A DNA stretch of 64,000 nt from Deltaproteobacteria bacterium (GCA_016219005.1 JACRCN010000055.1:1535-65534); one strand, 5' to 3'; positions 17,526 to 29,381 are shown, counted from the first letter of the stretch. Notes: generated from the letters alone by a model not told the origin. Numbers and translations: made by a program.

Positions 17526-18564
17526 GGCGGCCCGCCTTGTTTCGGAAACGTCGCGTCACCCAGTCCCAGTTGAACTCGCGCTTGCCCATGAAACCCTCGC
17601 GGCGGAAAAGGATGATGCAGATCAGTGCCAGTGAGAAGACCACCATGCGCATGCCCGGGATGCCCTGCAGTTCCCAGTCGCCGAAGGTGAGGGGATTCTC
17701 CACGATCCGCAGCCATTCGAGCAGGATCGTGATGACGATGCCTGCCAGGATCGAGCCGGTGATGGAGCCCAGACCGCCGGTAACGACGATCATCAGCACG
17801 TTGAACGTGAGGACGAAGGTGAACATCTTGGGATCGATGGTGGCCAGCAGGCTCGCCAGGAGCGCCCCGCCCACGCCGGCGAAGAACGACCCGATGGTGA
17901 AGGAGAGCAGCTTCTGGCGGAAGACATCGACCCCCATGGCCTTGGCCGCGGTTTCGTCGTCCCGGATCGCCTTGAAGACGTTCCCGCTGTTGCTCGCCAC
18001 CAGTCGGATGATAACGTAAAGGGTGAGGACGCACCAGCCGAAATTCCAATACAGATTGGCATAGTCCGGTATGCCCTTGAACCCCAGCGCCCCGTTGGTG
18101 ACGCGGGGTGCATTGATAGCCAGCACGCGGATGATTTCGGCAAACCCGAGCGTGGCCATGCCCAGGTAGTCGTCGCCCAGCCGCAGCAGCGGGATGCCCA
18201 CCAGCACGGCGAAAAGCGCCGCCGCCAGGCCGCCTGCGACCACCGCTACGAAAAAGGGCGCCTGGGCTTCCCGAACCCAGTCGAAGGCCGGCTCCAGGAT
18301 GAAGAGCATTTCCTTCTGCTCCGGGGACAGGATCAGCACGGAGCAGACATAGGCGCCGACGGCCATGAACCCTGCATGCCCTAAACTGAACAGGCCGGTG
18401 AAACCGTAGATCAGGTTCAGGCTCAGGGCCAGGATGATGTTGACGGCGATGAGGTTCAGTATCTGGATCTGGTATCCGTCCAGGTTGTCGTCGGCCCACC
18501 AGAGAAAGAGGCCCAAAACGGCAACGGCCATGAGGTTGAGCATGGTCTTGGTCTTCGCGTGCAT
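17515..18564 (-). CDS. ABC permease (LivM-like)
   Basis: Multi-TM. GFTGLFSLGHAGFMAVGAY. Confidence 0.9.
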
Positions 18565-19457
18565 CAGACCTTGTCCTCCAGCTTCTCGCCCATCAGGCCC
18601 GTCGGCTTGAGCAGCAGGATGACGATGAGCAGAACGAAGGCGAAGGCATCGCGATAGCCGGCGAGATCCGGGAAGAAGGCCACCGCCATGATCTCAATCA
18701 CGCCCAGCATGACGCCGCCGATCACCGCACCGGGGATCGAACCGATGCCGCCGAACACTGCGGCGATGAAGGCCTTGAAACCGGGGATGGACCCCATGAC
18801 CGGTTGCAGCTGCGGATAGCGCAGGGCCCACATGATGCCGGAGGCGGCCGCCAGGGCCGAACCGATGCCGAAGGTGAGCGAGATGATCCGGTTGACCGGC
18901 ACCCCCATGATGTAACTGGTCTCGATGTCCTTGGAAATAGCCCGCATGCCCAGGCCGGGCTTGGTCTTGTAGACGATCCAGACCAGGCCCAACATAAGCA
19001 GCAAGGAGAGCGCCGGGACAAAGAGGGTGAGGGGCAGGACGCGCACGTCGCCCATGAGGATCGGGTCCTCCAGCCAGGCCGGTCGGTGGACTTGCCGGGG
19101 GAGGGCGCCGAAGACCACGATGGTGACGTTTTGCAGGAAGAAGGACACGCCGATGGCGCTGATGAGCGCCGAGATCCGGGGAGCGTCGCGCAGGGGGCGA
19201 TAGGCCACGCGGTCCACCAGGATCCCCACGCTGGCCGTGACGATGACGGCACCCACGATGGCGAGCGCCCAGGGCAGGTAGAACAGGGTGATACCCCAAA
19301 AGACGAAGTAGGCGCCCAGCATGAAGATCTCGCTATGGGCGAAATTGATCAGACGCAGGATCCCATAGACCATGGTGTAGCCGATGGCGATCAGGGCATA
19401 GAGGCTGCCGAGCGTCAGGCCGTTCAGGGTGTGCTGCACGAACATGGCCCATGTCAT
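18564..19457 (-). CDS. ABC permease (LivH-like)
   Basis: Multi-TM. HTLNGLTLGSLYALIAIGYTMVYG. Confidence 0.9.
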   Translation of the reverse strand: MTWAMFVQHTLNGLTLGSLYALIAIGYTMVYGILRLINFAHSEIFMLGAYFVFWGITLFYLPWALAIVGAVIVTASVGILVDRVAYRPLRDAPRISALISAIGVSFFLQNVTIVVFGALPRQVHRPAWLEDPILMGDVRVLPLTLFVPALSLLLMLGLVWIVYKTKPGLGMRAISKDIETSYIMGVPVNRIISLTFGIGSALAAASGIMWALRYPQLQPVMGSIPGFKAFIAAVFGGIGSIPGAVIGGVMLGVIEIMAVAFFPDLAGYRDAFAFVLLIVILLLKPTGLMGEKLEDKV

Positions 19458-19558
19458 GAAACGAACCTCTCCGGGTCGATCTGAAATTCGGGGGAAGCGG
19501 TCGGCTTCCCCCGAGTCGTTGCGCTGACGAATTTCTCCGCGGCAATCAGCAGCAGGCT

Positions 19559-19624
19559 ATTGAAAAACCAGCATTGGGCCGTCAGCCAGGGCGCGGGATC
19601 ACGGCCTGAGGCGCCTTTTTCAAT
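19559..19624. repeat. 66-bp imperfect palindromic intergenic repeat (REP/MITE-like), family copy A
   Basis: ATTGAAAAACCAGCATTGGGCCGTCAGCC...GGATCACGGCCTGAGGCGCCTTTTTCAAT. The two arms are mutually complementary. Related copies lie at 24412-24544 and 30446-30473, and there is a short match at 51986-51999. Confidence 0.7.
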
Positions 19625-19630
19625 ATCCTG

Positions 19631-20761
19631 TTAGAGCTGCGGGGTGATGCTGCCGATGTAAGTCTTCTTGCCGTCTTTGATCTGCACCAGGCCTACCGGC
19701 TTCTCGGCGTCGTGAGTGGCGTTGATGGTCGTGCTGCCGGTCACGCCCTCGAATCCCTTGGTGGCAACCAGGGCCTTGGTGATGGCCGCGGGCTCCGCTT
19801 TGCCGGCCCGTTTTATGGCGTCGAGCACCAACAGGTAGGTGTCATAGCCCAGAGCCGCATTGACGTTGGGCTCTTTGCTCGGGAAGGCCTTCTTCCAGTT
19901 CTCGGTGAACTTCTTGGCCATCGGGCTCATGTTTTTCATGGAGGGGTCGTACGGGAAGGTCGTGTGCACGAAGCCTTCCACCGCCGCGCCGCCGATCTCA
20001 ACGATCTGGGGGTTGTCCATGGCGTCGCCGCCCATGACCCGGAACTTGGCGCCCAGCTCCTTGACCTGCTTCATGATGATGGCGCCCTCGGCAAAGTAGG
20101 AGGGGATGAACAGAACGTCGGGCTTTTTGCTGATGATCTCGGTCAGCTGGGCCGTGAAGTCCTGGTCGCCGGCCTGGTACTTCAGGTTGGCCACGATTTG
20201 GCCGCCGAGCTTGGTGAAGGACTTGGTGAAGAAGCTGGCTAGGCCCACCGAGTAGTCGTTGGACACGTCCACCAGCAGAGCCGCCGTCTTTAATTTAAGA
20301 TCTTTGTAGGCATAGGTCGCCGCGCCGGCACCCTGGAAGGGGTCGATGAAGCACACCCGGAAGCTGTACTTCTTGCCCTGGGTCACGAGCGGGTTGGTGC
20401 AGGAGGTGCCGACCATGGGGACACGGGCCTTCTCCGCCACTTCGCCGCCGGCCATGGCGAGCGAGGAGCCGTAGGTGCCGATGATGGCCACCACCTTCTC
20501 CTTCTCGATCAGGCGCTTCACGGCGTTGGCAGCCTCGACCTTGTCGGACTTGTTATCGACGACGAAAATCTCCACCTTCTTGCCCAGGACTGTCGGCATT
20601 TCCTTGTGGGCCATCTGTACGCCTTCCAGTTCCAACTGGCCCCCGAAGGCCATCTGACCCGTCAGCGGCAGGTAGACGCCGATCTTCACCGTGTCCGCTG
20701 CGAACGCGCCGCCCGTGAGGGCAAAAACCATGAGAAAAACCAACGTGAGCAGTCGTTTCAT
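19631..20761 (-). CDS. branched-chain amino acid ABC substrate-binding protein (LivJ/K-like)
   Basis: Signal peptide ending FAAD. VKIGVYLPLTGQMAFGG is typical of this family. First gene of the minus-strand LIV operon. Confidence 0.9.
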   Translation of the reverse strand: MKRLLTLVFLMVFALTGGAFAADTVKIGVYLPLTGQMAFGGQLELEGVQMAHKEMPTVLGKKVEIFVVDNKSDKVEAANAVKRLIEKEKVVAIIGTYGSSLAMAGGEVAEKARVPMVGTSCTNPLVTQGKKYSFRVCFIDPFQGAGAATYAYKDLKLKTAALLVDVSNDYSVGLASFFTKSFTKLGGQIVANLKYQAGDQDFTAQLTEIISKKPDVLFIPSYFAEGAIIMKQVKELGAKFRVMGGDAMDNPQIVEIGGAAVEGFVHTTFPYDPSMKNMSPMAKKFTENWKKAFPSKEPNVNAALGYDTYLLVLDAIKRAGKAEPAAITKALVATKGFEGVTGSTTINATHDAEKPVGLVQIKDGKKTYIGSITPQL

Positions 20762-21094
20762 AATACATTCCTCCGTGAGTCGTTGACGTTAGGGTTACTG
20801 CCCCGAAAGGGGCCCCGATGGCGATCTCCTCCGGTACGCGTACCGTTGCGAATGTGAGCTTCCTTTTAAACCACAATCGCACCTGAAAACAATCCTTTTT
20901 TGTGCCATTTTCGCCTGCGCCGCTTCGGCCGCCGCGCGCAAAAAAGACCGGCCTGGCCGATTCGGTCATGCCGGGGTTCATGCAGGGGGTGCGCGCCGCG
21001 GCCGCGATCGTTCGAGGAAGGCAAGGCTTGGTGATGATGAGCAAGCCGCCGCGGGGGTGAAGTTGCCGGCGCAGCAAAAGGGAGCGCTCAGGCT

Positions 21095-22498
21095 TTACAG
21101 CGCTTTGCGGAGATGGCGTCCGCCGGTCGGCGTGACGGCGGCGAAGGGGCTGCGGAAATACTCCTTGATCGCCATGGCGGCATAGGCGGCCGCAGTGGTC
21201 CCGATGTACTCCTCGTGGGCGACGACTGCGGAAAAAGCGATACGGCCGGGCCCCTGGTCTTCCCGGGCGTAGCCGACGAACCAGTCGAAGCGGGTGTCCG
21301 GGGTGCCGTCGCTTATGTGGCCGGTTTTTCCTCCGATGTCCAGCCTGGAAAAAATCCGCGCATCGACGTGCTTGTGAAATTCGCGGCTGGCGGTTCCCGA
21401 TCGAACGGCGGCCTGCATCAACTCGCACAGCACCCGGGAGGTCCCGGGATCGATAGCCTGCTTCTGAAAGACAGCCTGGCTCTGGTAGATGGTTCGCCCG
21501 TCTTCCGCGGCGATCCAATCCACGATGGTCGGGTCGATCAGCCGGCCCTGGTTGACAAGGGCCGCCGCCATCAGCGCTCCATGCAGCGGGGAGATGCGTG
21601 TGGTGCGGTTGTAGCCACTGGCCACCTCCGCGAGCTCGAAGGCGTCAGTTGAGAGTTCGATGCGGCTCGGACGGGTGGGCAGCTCGAAATCGATCTCCCG
21701 GTTGAAACCGAAGGCCTCGGCGTAGGATTCGATCACCTCCCGGCCCAGGGCATGGGCACCAAGCTTGCCGAACACGGGGTTGATCGACTGGGCGAATGAG
21801 TCCTTCAGGCTGATACGGTTGGCGTTTTTAGGGTTTTTCGCCTGGATCTGGGACTTGGTGAGGGTGTGCTTGCCCCCGCTGTAGTTCAGCATGGAGCCGG
21901 GGTCCAGGTCGCAGGTTTCCACGGCGGCCGCCGCGGTGATGATCTTGAAGACGCTGGCGGCGGGGAACCGGCTTTCCAGGCAGGGGTTGCGCGAGGGGTC
22001 CGTCTTGTCGTGACCCACCATGGCCAGGACCCGGCCGTCCCGCGCATCCATGATCACGATTCCGATGTAGCGGGAGTTCTTGAGGTCCAGCCGCTGCAGC
22101 AGAGAATTCTGGAGGCCGGGGTCGATGCTGGTCTGGACCGTGTAGCAGGTATTCCCCTGCCGGATGTCGAACGCGCTGTTCTTGAGATTAAGGAGGTTGT
22201 TGCCGGCCATGAGCTGCTGTACTTCCTGTTTGGTGATCGGCCCTGGCGCCGGCTGCGCCCGGGGCGCCGGGGGGGTGGCGCGGGTTTCCTTGCGCGGGTT
22301 CGAGGGCGACCCGGCGGTTGCGGCGACGATTGCGTAGGCCACAAAAAATGCCGCCTGCAACACGGCCAGCAGCTTCAGGGCTCCGCGAAGGCTGAGCGTC
22401 CATCGTATGCCTGCGGTGGCGCGTGCTGCCGGCTGTTTCGGGATGGACGGCTTGGTGTGAAGGCCGGATGGTGCGGGTCGGCAATGAAATTGATACAT
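21095..22498 (-). CDS. penicillin-binding protein (transpeptidase domain)
   Basis: N-terminal TM helix. SxxK as ASVFK and KTG as GGKTGH. An SxN motif was not confidently located. Confidence 0.8.
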   Translation of the reverse strand: MYQFHCRPAPSGLHTKPSIPKQPAARATAGIRWTLSLRGALKLLAVLQAAFFVAYAIVAATAGSPSNPRKETRATPPAPRAQPAPGPITKQEVQQLMAGNNLLNLKNSAFDIRQGNTCYTVQTSIDPGLQNSLLQRLDLKNSRYIGIVIMDARDGRVLAMVGHDKTDPSRNPCLESRFPAASVFKIITAAAAVETCDLDPGSMLNYSGGKHTLTKSQIQAKNPKNANRISLKDSFAQSINPVFGKLGAHALGREVIESYAEAFGFNREIDFELPTRPSRIELSTDAFELAEVASGYNRTTRISPLHGALMAAALVNQGRLIDPTIVDWIAAEDGRTIYQSQAVFQKQAIDPGTSRVLCELMQAAVRSGTASREFHKHVDARIFSRLDIGGKTGHISDGTPDTRFDWFVGYAREDQGPGRIAFSAVVAHEEYIGTTAAAYAAMAIKEYFRSPFAAVTPTGGRHLRKAL

Positions 22499-22510
22499 GG
22501 CGGTATCCCC

Positions 22511-23533
22511 TCACAACCGGCTGGAAGGGTGGAGTGAAATACGGTTCATCACATCGCCGATGTCGGGTCTTTTCGCCGCAGCCACGGAACGCGTTACGCA
22601 CGAATTGGTGACACCGAGAAAACGGGCCACGTCGGCACCCGAATAGCCCAGTTCTCTCACGGCGATCCATGACAACGCCTCCCGTGCCGCCACCACGGGC
22701 CGACGGCGGCCTCCCGCGCACAGCTCCCCCGGCGACACATCGAAGGTTTCGCACACTTTCTGACAGACGCAGGCGATGGCCGGTCTTTTGGGGCAGAGGC
22801 GCAGGTTCTGTTTGAAGCGCTCGTCCGACCGCTGAACGGTATCGCGCACGAACTCGCCGTCGCCCAGGATGCGCGGGTCGAAGTCCGCGGCTTCGCCGCG
22901 ATGGCGCAGCGCCCGGACCGCCGACCACCCCCCGGCGCTGCGTACCAGCCCGCCGCCAACGAGGTCGGGCCGGCGCCCCATCCGGGTCCCTGCCGCGAGG
23001 AATTCCCGGTAGGCCCGTCGCGCCATCGCCCGCCGGCCGAAGCAGGCCAGCACATACGCGGTGTCCTGCCAGGGGCGCGTCACCCGGCCCAGGATCGCGC
23101 TGTGGCCGGAAAACGGGTGGCGGTCGAGGGCCGAGAGGCTCGCAATCTGGCCCGAACGCAAGGGGTTCAGGTGGATGTAGCGCACGAGATCCTTGAGATA
23201 GCGGTCCTCCTGGCAGACGATGGACTTGAAGCGGTTTTGAAACAGGTAGCCGTGGCGGTGGTGGCGCTTGTTGAAGTTGACGACATAGCCGGTCAGAAGC
23301 CGGTGCATGCTCACGGAGACGGGTTGTCCGACGGTCTTGCAGAGCAGGTGAAAGTGGTTGCGCATCAGCGCCCAGGCGTAGACGTCCCAGGCGCCGCTTT
23401 GCGCCAGTGCGCCGAGCCGTGCGATGAAATCGTCGCGGTCCGCATCTCCCAGAAAGACGTCGCGCCGTTCGATTCCCCGCCCGATGATGTGGTGCAGTAC
23501 CCCCGGCGCGTCTATTCTCGCACTTCTCGGCAT
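22511..23533 (-). CDS. IS200/RAYT-type Y1 (HUH) transposase-like protein with a C-terminal DnaA-domain-IV-like HTH
   Basis: PGVLHHIIGRG, HUH as NHFHLL, catalytic-Tyr context VRYIHLNP. The C-terminal tail REALSWIAVRELGYSGADVARFLGVTNSCVTRSV is HTH-like. Start taken at MPRSARID. Confidence 0.75.
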   Translation of the reverse strand: MPRSARIDAPGVLHHIIGRGIERRDVFLGDADRDDFIARLGALAQSGAWDVYAWALMRNHFHLLCKTVGQPVSVSMHRLLTGYVVNFNKRHHRHGYLFQNRFKSIVCQEDRYLKDLVRYIHLNPLRSGQIASLSALDRHPFSGHSAILGRVTRPWQDTAYVLACFGRRAMARRAYREFLAAGTRMGRRPDLVGGGLVRSAGGWSAVRALRHRGEAADFDPRILGDGEFVRDTVQRSDERFKQNLRLCPKRPAIACVCQKVCETFDVSPGELCAGGRRRPVVAAREALSWIAVRELGYSGADVARFLGVTNSCVTRSVAAAKRPDIGDVMNRISLHPSSRL

Positions 23534-23634
23534 ATGCTCAGGATACCAAACCACGCCAATGAAGTAAAGCAATTTAAGCATGATCGTCCCGTTCGCAGGC
23601 ATCAGCGAGCGCCGGAACGTTCGGTTCGCGGTTT

Positions 23635-24030
23635 TTAGCCGGCCCGCGCGCGGGCGTCCGTCGCGGTGCCGGCGGCCCGCTTCTTGCGGCGGTAGTGGAA
23701 GGTTTTGATCAGGCTGATGGCGAACTGCACGTTTTCCTCGTGGCTGCCCGTGAACCGGATGCCGGTTTTATAACTTCCGGACAGGCCCCGGCGTGCGTAG
23801 GCCACTTTGCCCACGATGTTGACCAGCCGCTCGTCCGGACCGGCCGACAGCAGTGAGATGTATTCCGATTCGATCGGACAGCTGGACTCCAGCATCATGC
23901 CGCTCTGGCTGATGTCGAGCGCTTTGCCCATGCCCTGCTTGATCATGGTGCCTTGGGCGTCGATGCAGGCATACGAGATGAGGTTGCAGGTTTCAACCCG
24001 CGCGTATTGTCTCTGGTCGACCTCTCCCAT
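23635..24030 (-). CDS. PilZ domain protein
   Basis: QRQYAR (RxxxR-like) and DISQSG (DxSxxG) motifs. Confidence 0.75.
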   Translation of the reverse strand: MGEVDQRQYARVETCNLISYACIDAQGTMIKQGMGKALDISQSGMMLESSCPIESEYISLLSAGPDERLVNIVGKVAYARRGLSGSYKTGIRFTGSHEENVQFAISLIKTFHYRRKKRAAGTATDARARAG

Positions 24031-24411
24031 GACAGATGCCCCTCATGTGAAAATGACACTCCCTGTCTTCGCCTTAATATATCGGCAACGCCGCGCGAAA
24101 ACTTGAGCCCTACCGTGCACCCATCCCGCGGGCGTCCGCCCCGGCAAGAGCCCGCTTGATGCTTGCCGTACAAATCGGAAGCGAGACCAAACGCCGCCTC
24201 CAGACCCGCAGAGCCGCCGGGTCGCGCCGTCGCGCCGCCTCTCAACGCCGGGAGCAATGCCATGGACTAACGGGCGCTTCGTGCCGGGAACGACAGCGGC
24301 AAGGGGCATCCGCGATCCAAAATCGAATTGACAACTCAGCGCGAAACCGCGTATGGTTCATGCCCGCCGTCCGGGGGCAGTTTGCCGCGCAGACGACGCT
24401 TCTGACAGGGT

Positions 24412-24544
24412 GTTGAAGAGCAAGCATTGGGCGGTCAGCTCTGGTGCCCGGCGTTTTGGAAAGCGCAGACTGTTCGCCGATAGCTGGGTATATTTCCAAT
24501 AGCCGCGCAAGACCGGATCACGGTCTGAGATGCCGTTTTTCAAC
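24412..24544. repeat. 133-bp expanded copy of the palindromic repeat family, copy B
   Basis: Both ends match copy A (GTTGAAGAGCAAGCATTGGGCGGTCAGC... and ...GGATCACGGTCTGAGATGCCGTTTTTCAAC), with about 67 bp of extra internal sequence. It ends 41 nt upstream of gdhA. Confidence 0.65.
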
Positions 24545-24585
24545 AACCGGCCGAAGCCAACGACGATCAATCATTCGGGGGAGCC

Positions 24586-25935
24586 ATGTCGGATATTCTG
24601 AAGACCATCGCGTCCAGGGACCCGTGGGAGAGGGAATTTTACCAGGCGGTCAAAGAAGTGGTTGAAAGTGTCCAACCGGTCCTCGACCGTCACCCGCACG
24701 GCCCGGAGTCGTCTATTTTGGATCGGATCATCGAACCGGAGCGGGTGGTGACGTTTCGCGTTCCCTGGATGGACGACCGGGGGAAGGTACGCACCCACCG
24801 CGGTTACCTTGTCGAAATGAACGGCGCCATCGGCCCCTTCAAGGGGGGGCTGCGCTTTCACCCCTCGGTGAATCAGAGCATCCTCAAATTTCTGGCGTTC
24901 GAGCAGGTTTTCAAGAACGCTCTCACGACCCTGCCCCTGGGAGGTGGTGCCGGCGGTTCCGACTTCGAACCCAAGGGCAAGTCCGACGACGAGGTCATGC
25001 GTTTCTGCCAGAGCTTCATGCGCGAGCTCTTCCGCCACGTCGGTCCGCACACGGATATCCCCGGCGGCGATATCGGGGTGGGCGCGCGGGAGGTCGGCTA
25101 TCTCTTCGGCGCCTACAAAAAGCTCACCAACGAATTCAGCGGGGCCTTGACCGGCAAAGGCTTGCGCTGGGGCGGCAGCCTCTTCCGCCCCGAGGCGGCC
25201 GGCTACGGCTGCGTGTATTTTGCCGCCGAAATGCTATCCACCCGCAACATGAGCCTCGACGACCAGGTCTGCCTGGTTTCCGGCTCGGGCAACGTCGCCC
25301 AGCACACGGCGGAGAAGCTGATCCAGCTCGGCGCCAAGGTGGTCACGCTTTCGGACTCCTCCGGCCACATCTACGACGCGGACGGCATCGATGCGGAAAA
25401 GCTCCGCTACGTAAAGGTGCTGAAGAACATACGCCGCGGCCGCATCCGGGAATACGCCGATAAATATCCGGCGTCCGTCTTCACGCCGGCCGGCGCGGAA
25501 GCGGGCCGCAACCCCCTCTGGAGCCATCGGGCCGACTGCGCTTTCCCCTGCGCCACCCAGAACGAGATCGGCGAGACGGACGCCTACACTCTGATTAACA
25601 ACAACATCAAGCTCGTCTGCGAGGGGGCCAACATGCCCTGCTCCTCGGAGGCGATCGACATCTTCCTCGGCAAGAAAATCCTCTTTGCGCCGGGCAAGGC
25701 CGCCAACGCCGGCGGGGTCGCGGTGAGCGGGCTGGAGCTGGTGCAGAACAGCATGCGGTTGAGCTGGCTCGGGGAGGAGGTGGACGAGCGGTTGCGGATC
25801 ATCATGAAGGCGATCCACCGGACCTGCCTGGAAACCGCCGAGGAATACGGGACTCCCGGCAACTACCTGAACGGCGCCAACATCGCCGCCTTCCTCAAAG
25901 TGGTGAATGCCATGCTGGACCAGGGGGTGGTTTAG
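24586..25935 (+). CDS. gdhA: NADP-specific glutamate dehydrogenase
   Basis: GGLRFHPSV and GGAGGSDFEPKGKSDDEVMRFCQSFM. 449 aa. Confidence 0.95.
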   Translation: MSDILKTIASRDPWEREFYQAVKEVVESVQPVLDRHPHGPESSILDRIIEPERVVTFRVPWMDDRGKVRTHRGYLVEMNGAIGPFKGGLRFHPSVNQSILKFLAFEQVFKNALTTLPLGGGAGGSDFEPKGKSDDEVMRFCQSFMRELFRHVGPHTDIPGGDIGVGAREVGYLFGAYKKLTNEFSGALTGKGLRWGGSLFRPEAAGYGCVYFAAEMLSTRNMSLDDQVCLVSGSGNVAQHTAEKLIQLGAKVVTLSDSSGHIYDADGIDAEKLRYVKVLKNIRRGRIREYADKYPASVFTPAGAEAGRNPLWSHRADCAFPCATQNEIGETDAYTLINNNIKLVCEGANMPCSSEAIDIFLGKKILFAPGKAANAGGVAVSGLELVQNSMRLSWLGEEVDERLRIIMKAIHRTCLETAEEYGTPGNYLNGANIAAFLKVVNAMLDQGVV

Positions 25936-26138
25936 CCCGAACATTTTCACCCTTCTGGCGAGCCGACCTGGCCGCATCCGCCGCGTTGCGGCTGCAGCCG
26001 CCTCGACCCGTGAAATAACCGGTTTAGCCGGCACAGGCTCTTCTCGATATCGCCCGTGATTGACACGCTCCGGCCCCTGGCATAGTTTGTTTCCATCCAA
26101 AACGCCCGGGGATACTCCCACCATTTTCAAAGGCCTCC

Positions 26139-27230
26139 ATGACAACCGACCTCGACCGCCTGATCCGGCAGGTCCGGTACAATTGTGACATCTCCGACGC
26201 ACGCCACGCCGGCATGTTTTCCATTTGCGGCCTGGCCCTGCGCCTGCGTGATCTCTTCAAATGGGAAAAGGGCCTGGCCCCCTGGGACGAAGGGGACCCC
26301 GCGGAGGTGCTGGAGTGGATCGGGGTGCGGGAGGATCGCTGGGAAACGCTCGCCGGCTCCGATTTCGCGAACCTGCCGCTGACGGGCATGCGCTTCGACC
26401 CGTTCGACACGGCGGGCCTCAACCGCGTGCTCGAGCCCCATGGCCTTTACTATGGAGCCGGGTACGCGCGCGGCCTTAAACCGACTTTCTTTCTGGCGGT
26501 GATCGACAGCCGGAGCCAGATCGGCTGCGGCACCATTTACGGCTTGGGCCGCGAGCTGGCGCGGGATCTATTGACCCTGCCCGCGATGTCCCAGGGCAAC
26601 GCCATCCTGATGCGCGACGAGGCCGCCCGGCTGTTTCTCTGGGACCAGATCGTGTACGCCAGCCCGTCGGGCCGAAAGGCGCTCGCCGCGGCACTGGATG
26701 CCTGCGGCCTGAGCGATCACCGCCCCGGCGCCCTCAAGCACCATGTGGGCCGGCTGCTCGAGGTCCAGCGGACCATCCACCTGCACCATGAACTGGGCGA
26801 ACTGCAGGACTCCACCTTCGACCGCGGGCTTTGGCAGGAAATGATCGCCGCTTTCCCCGGCACGCGGGTCGAGTTTCTGGTGCGGCACGTCAAGGATTTT
26901 CTGGCCGATACCAGCCCCGTCGGTACGCTGCCGCACATCTGCCGCATGCGGGACACGGCCGCGCTGGCGTTTTACATGGTTTTTGCGGACAGCATGTCCA
27001 AGGCGCTCTGGCCCCTCCTTTTCGATAGCTTCGATGACTTCTTGCGCACGGGAGCGTGGGAATCCGTCGAGCATGCGGCCGCCGCTGCGCGCGCGACAGC
27101 CGGTCGCCTTGCGGACCGGATCATGTCGCTCTTTCGTGACGGCCGGGATGGTGACGACTTCACCCGGGCTCAAGTCCGGATTGACCAGGCGCTCAGCCGG
27201 CACCTGGATCGCAGGCCAGCGCCGGTTTGA
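26139..27230 (+). CDS. conserved hypothetical protein
   Basis: 363-aa ORF whose composition looks coding. I recognise no motif. Confidence 0.6.
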   Translation: MTTDLDRLIRQVRYNCDISDARHAGMFSICGLALRLRDLFKWEKGLAPWDEGDPAEVLEWIGVREDRWETLAGSDFANLPLTGMRFDPFDTAGLNRVLEPHGLYYGAGYARGLKPTFFLAVIDSRSQIGCGTIYGLGRELARDLLTLPAMSQGNAILMRDEAARLFLWDQIVYASPSGRKALAAALDACGLSDHRPGALKHHVGRLLEVQRTIHLHHELGELQDSTFDRGLWQEMIAAFPGTRVEFLVRHVKDFLADTSPVGTLPHICRMRDTAALAFYMVFADSMSKALWPLLFDSFDDFLRTGAWESVEHAAAAARATAGRLADRIMSLFRDGRDGDDFTRAQVRIDQALSRHLDRRPAPV

Positions 27231-27451
27231 ACCGAGGCCGTATTGACAAGCCGTCGAATGTGATTAGTTTCTGCACGCAAAATCGATTCGGACTACCATT
27301 TAACATTCTGAAATAAATAATAAAAATTAATGGAATTCGATTGCACGAATGACGTGCGGTACCGCAGGCTGCCTGCGGAAATTCTTTTTGAAACCCTGAA
27401 AAGCTTTGCGATCAGGCACCCAAATCTTTACCACGAAGGAGGAGAGCATTC

Positions 27452-27739
27452 ATGAAGATCAGGCCGATGAACGACAGAATCCTGGTAGTGAGAGTCGAGG
27501 AGGAAAAAAAGACCGCCGGCGGCATCATCATCCCGGACACCGCCAAGGAAAAGCCTCAGGAGGGCAAGGTGGTGGCGGCCGGCCCGGGCAAGGTGGCAGA
27601 TGACGGCAAGCGAATTCCAATGGAGTTGAAGAAGGGGGACCGGGTGCTTTTTGCGAAGTACGCCGGTTCGGAAATCAAGGTCGATGGCGTCGAGCACATT
27701 TTTATGCGTGAAGACGATATTCTCGGAATTCTCGAATAA
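27452..27739 (+). CDS. groES: co-chaperonin GroES
   Basis: [38 protein letters not shown]. Confidence 0.97.
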   Translation: MKIRPMNDRILVVRVEEEKKTAGGIIIPDTAKEKPQEGKVVAAGPGKVADDGKRIPMELKKGDRVLFAKYAGSEIKVDGVEHIFMREDDILGILE

Positions 27740-27752
27740 GCAGGGAGGATGA

Positions 27753-29381
<1,629 letters not shown>

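Noticed and set aside
20553-21518. 321-aa minus-strand ORF spanning the livK 5' end, the intergenic region and the PBP 3' end
   Set aside because: It crosses two real genes off-frame and is an Arg-rich artefact.
25234-26202. 322-aa minus-strand ORF
   Set aside because: It is antisense to gdhA.
27231-27451. CIRCE (HrcA) operator or sigma32 promoter upstream of groES
   Set aside because: There is no TTAGCACTC-N9-GAGTGCTAA-like inverted repeat. The TTGAAA and CCCAAAT boxes are about 25 nt apart, too far for the sigma32 consensus spacing.
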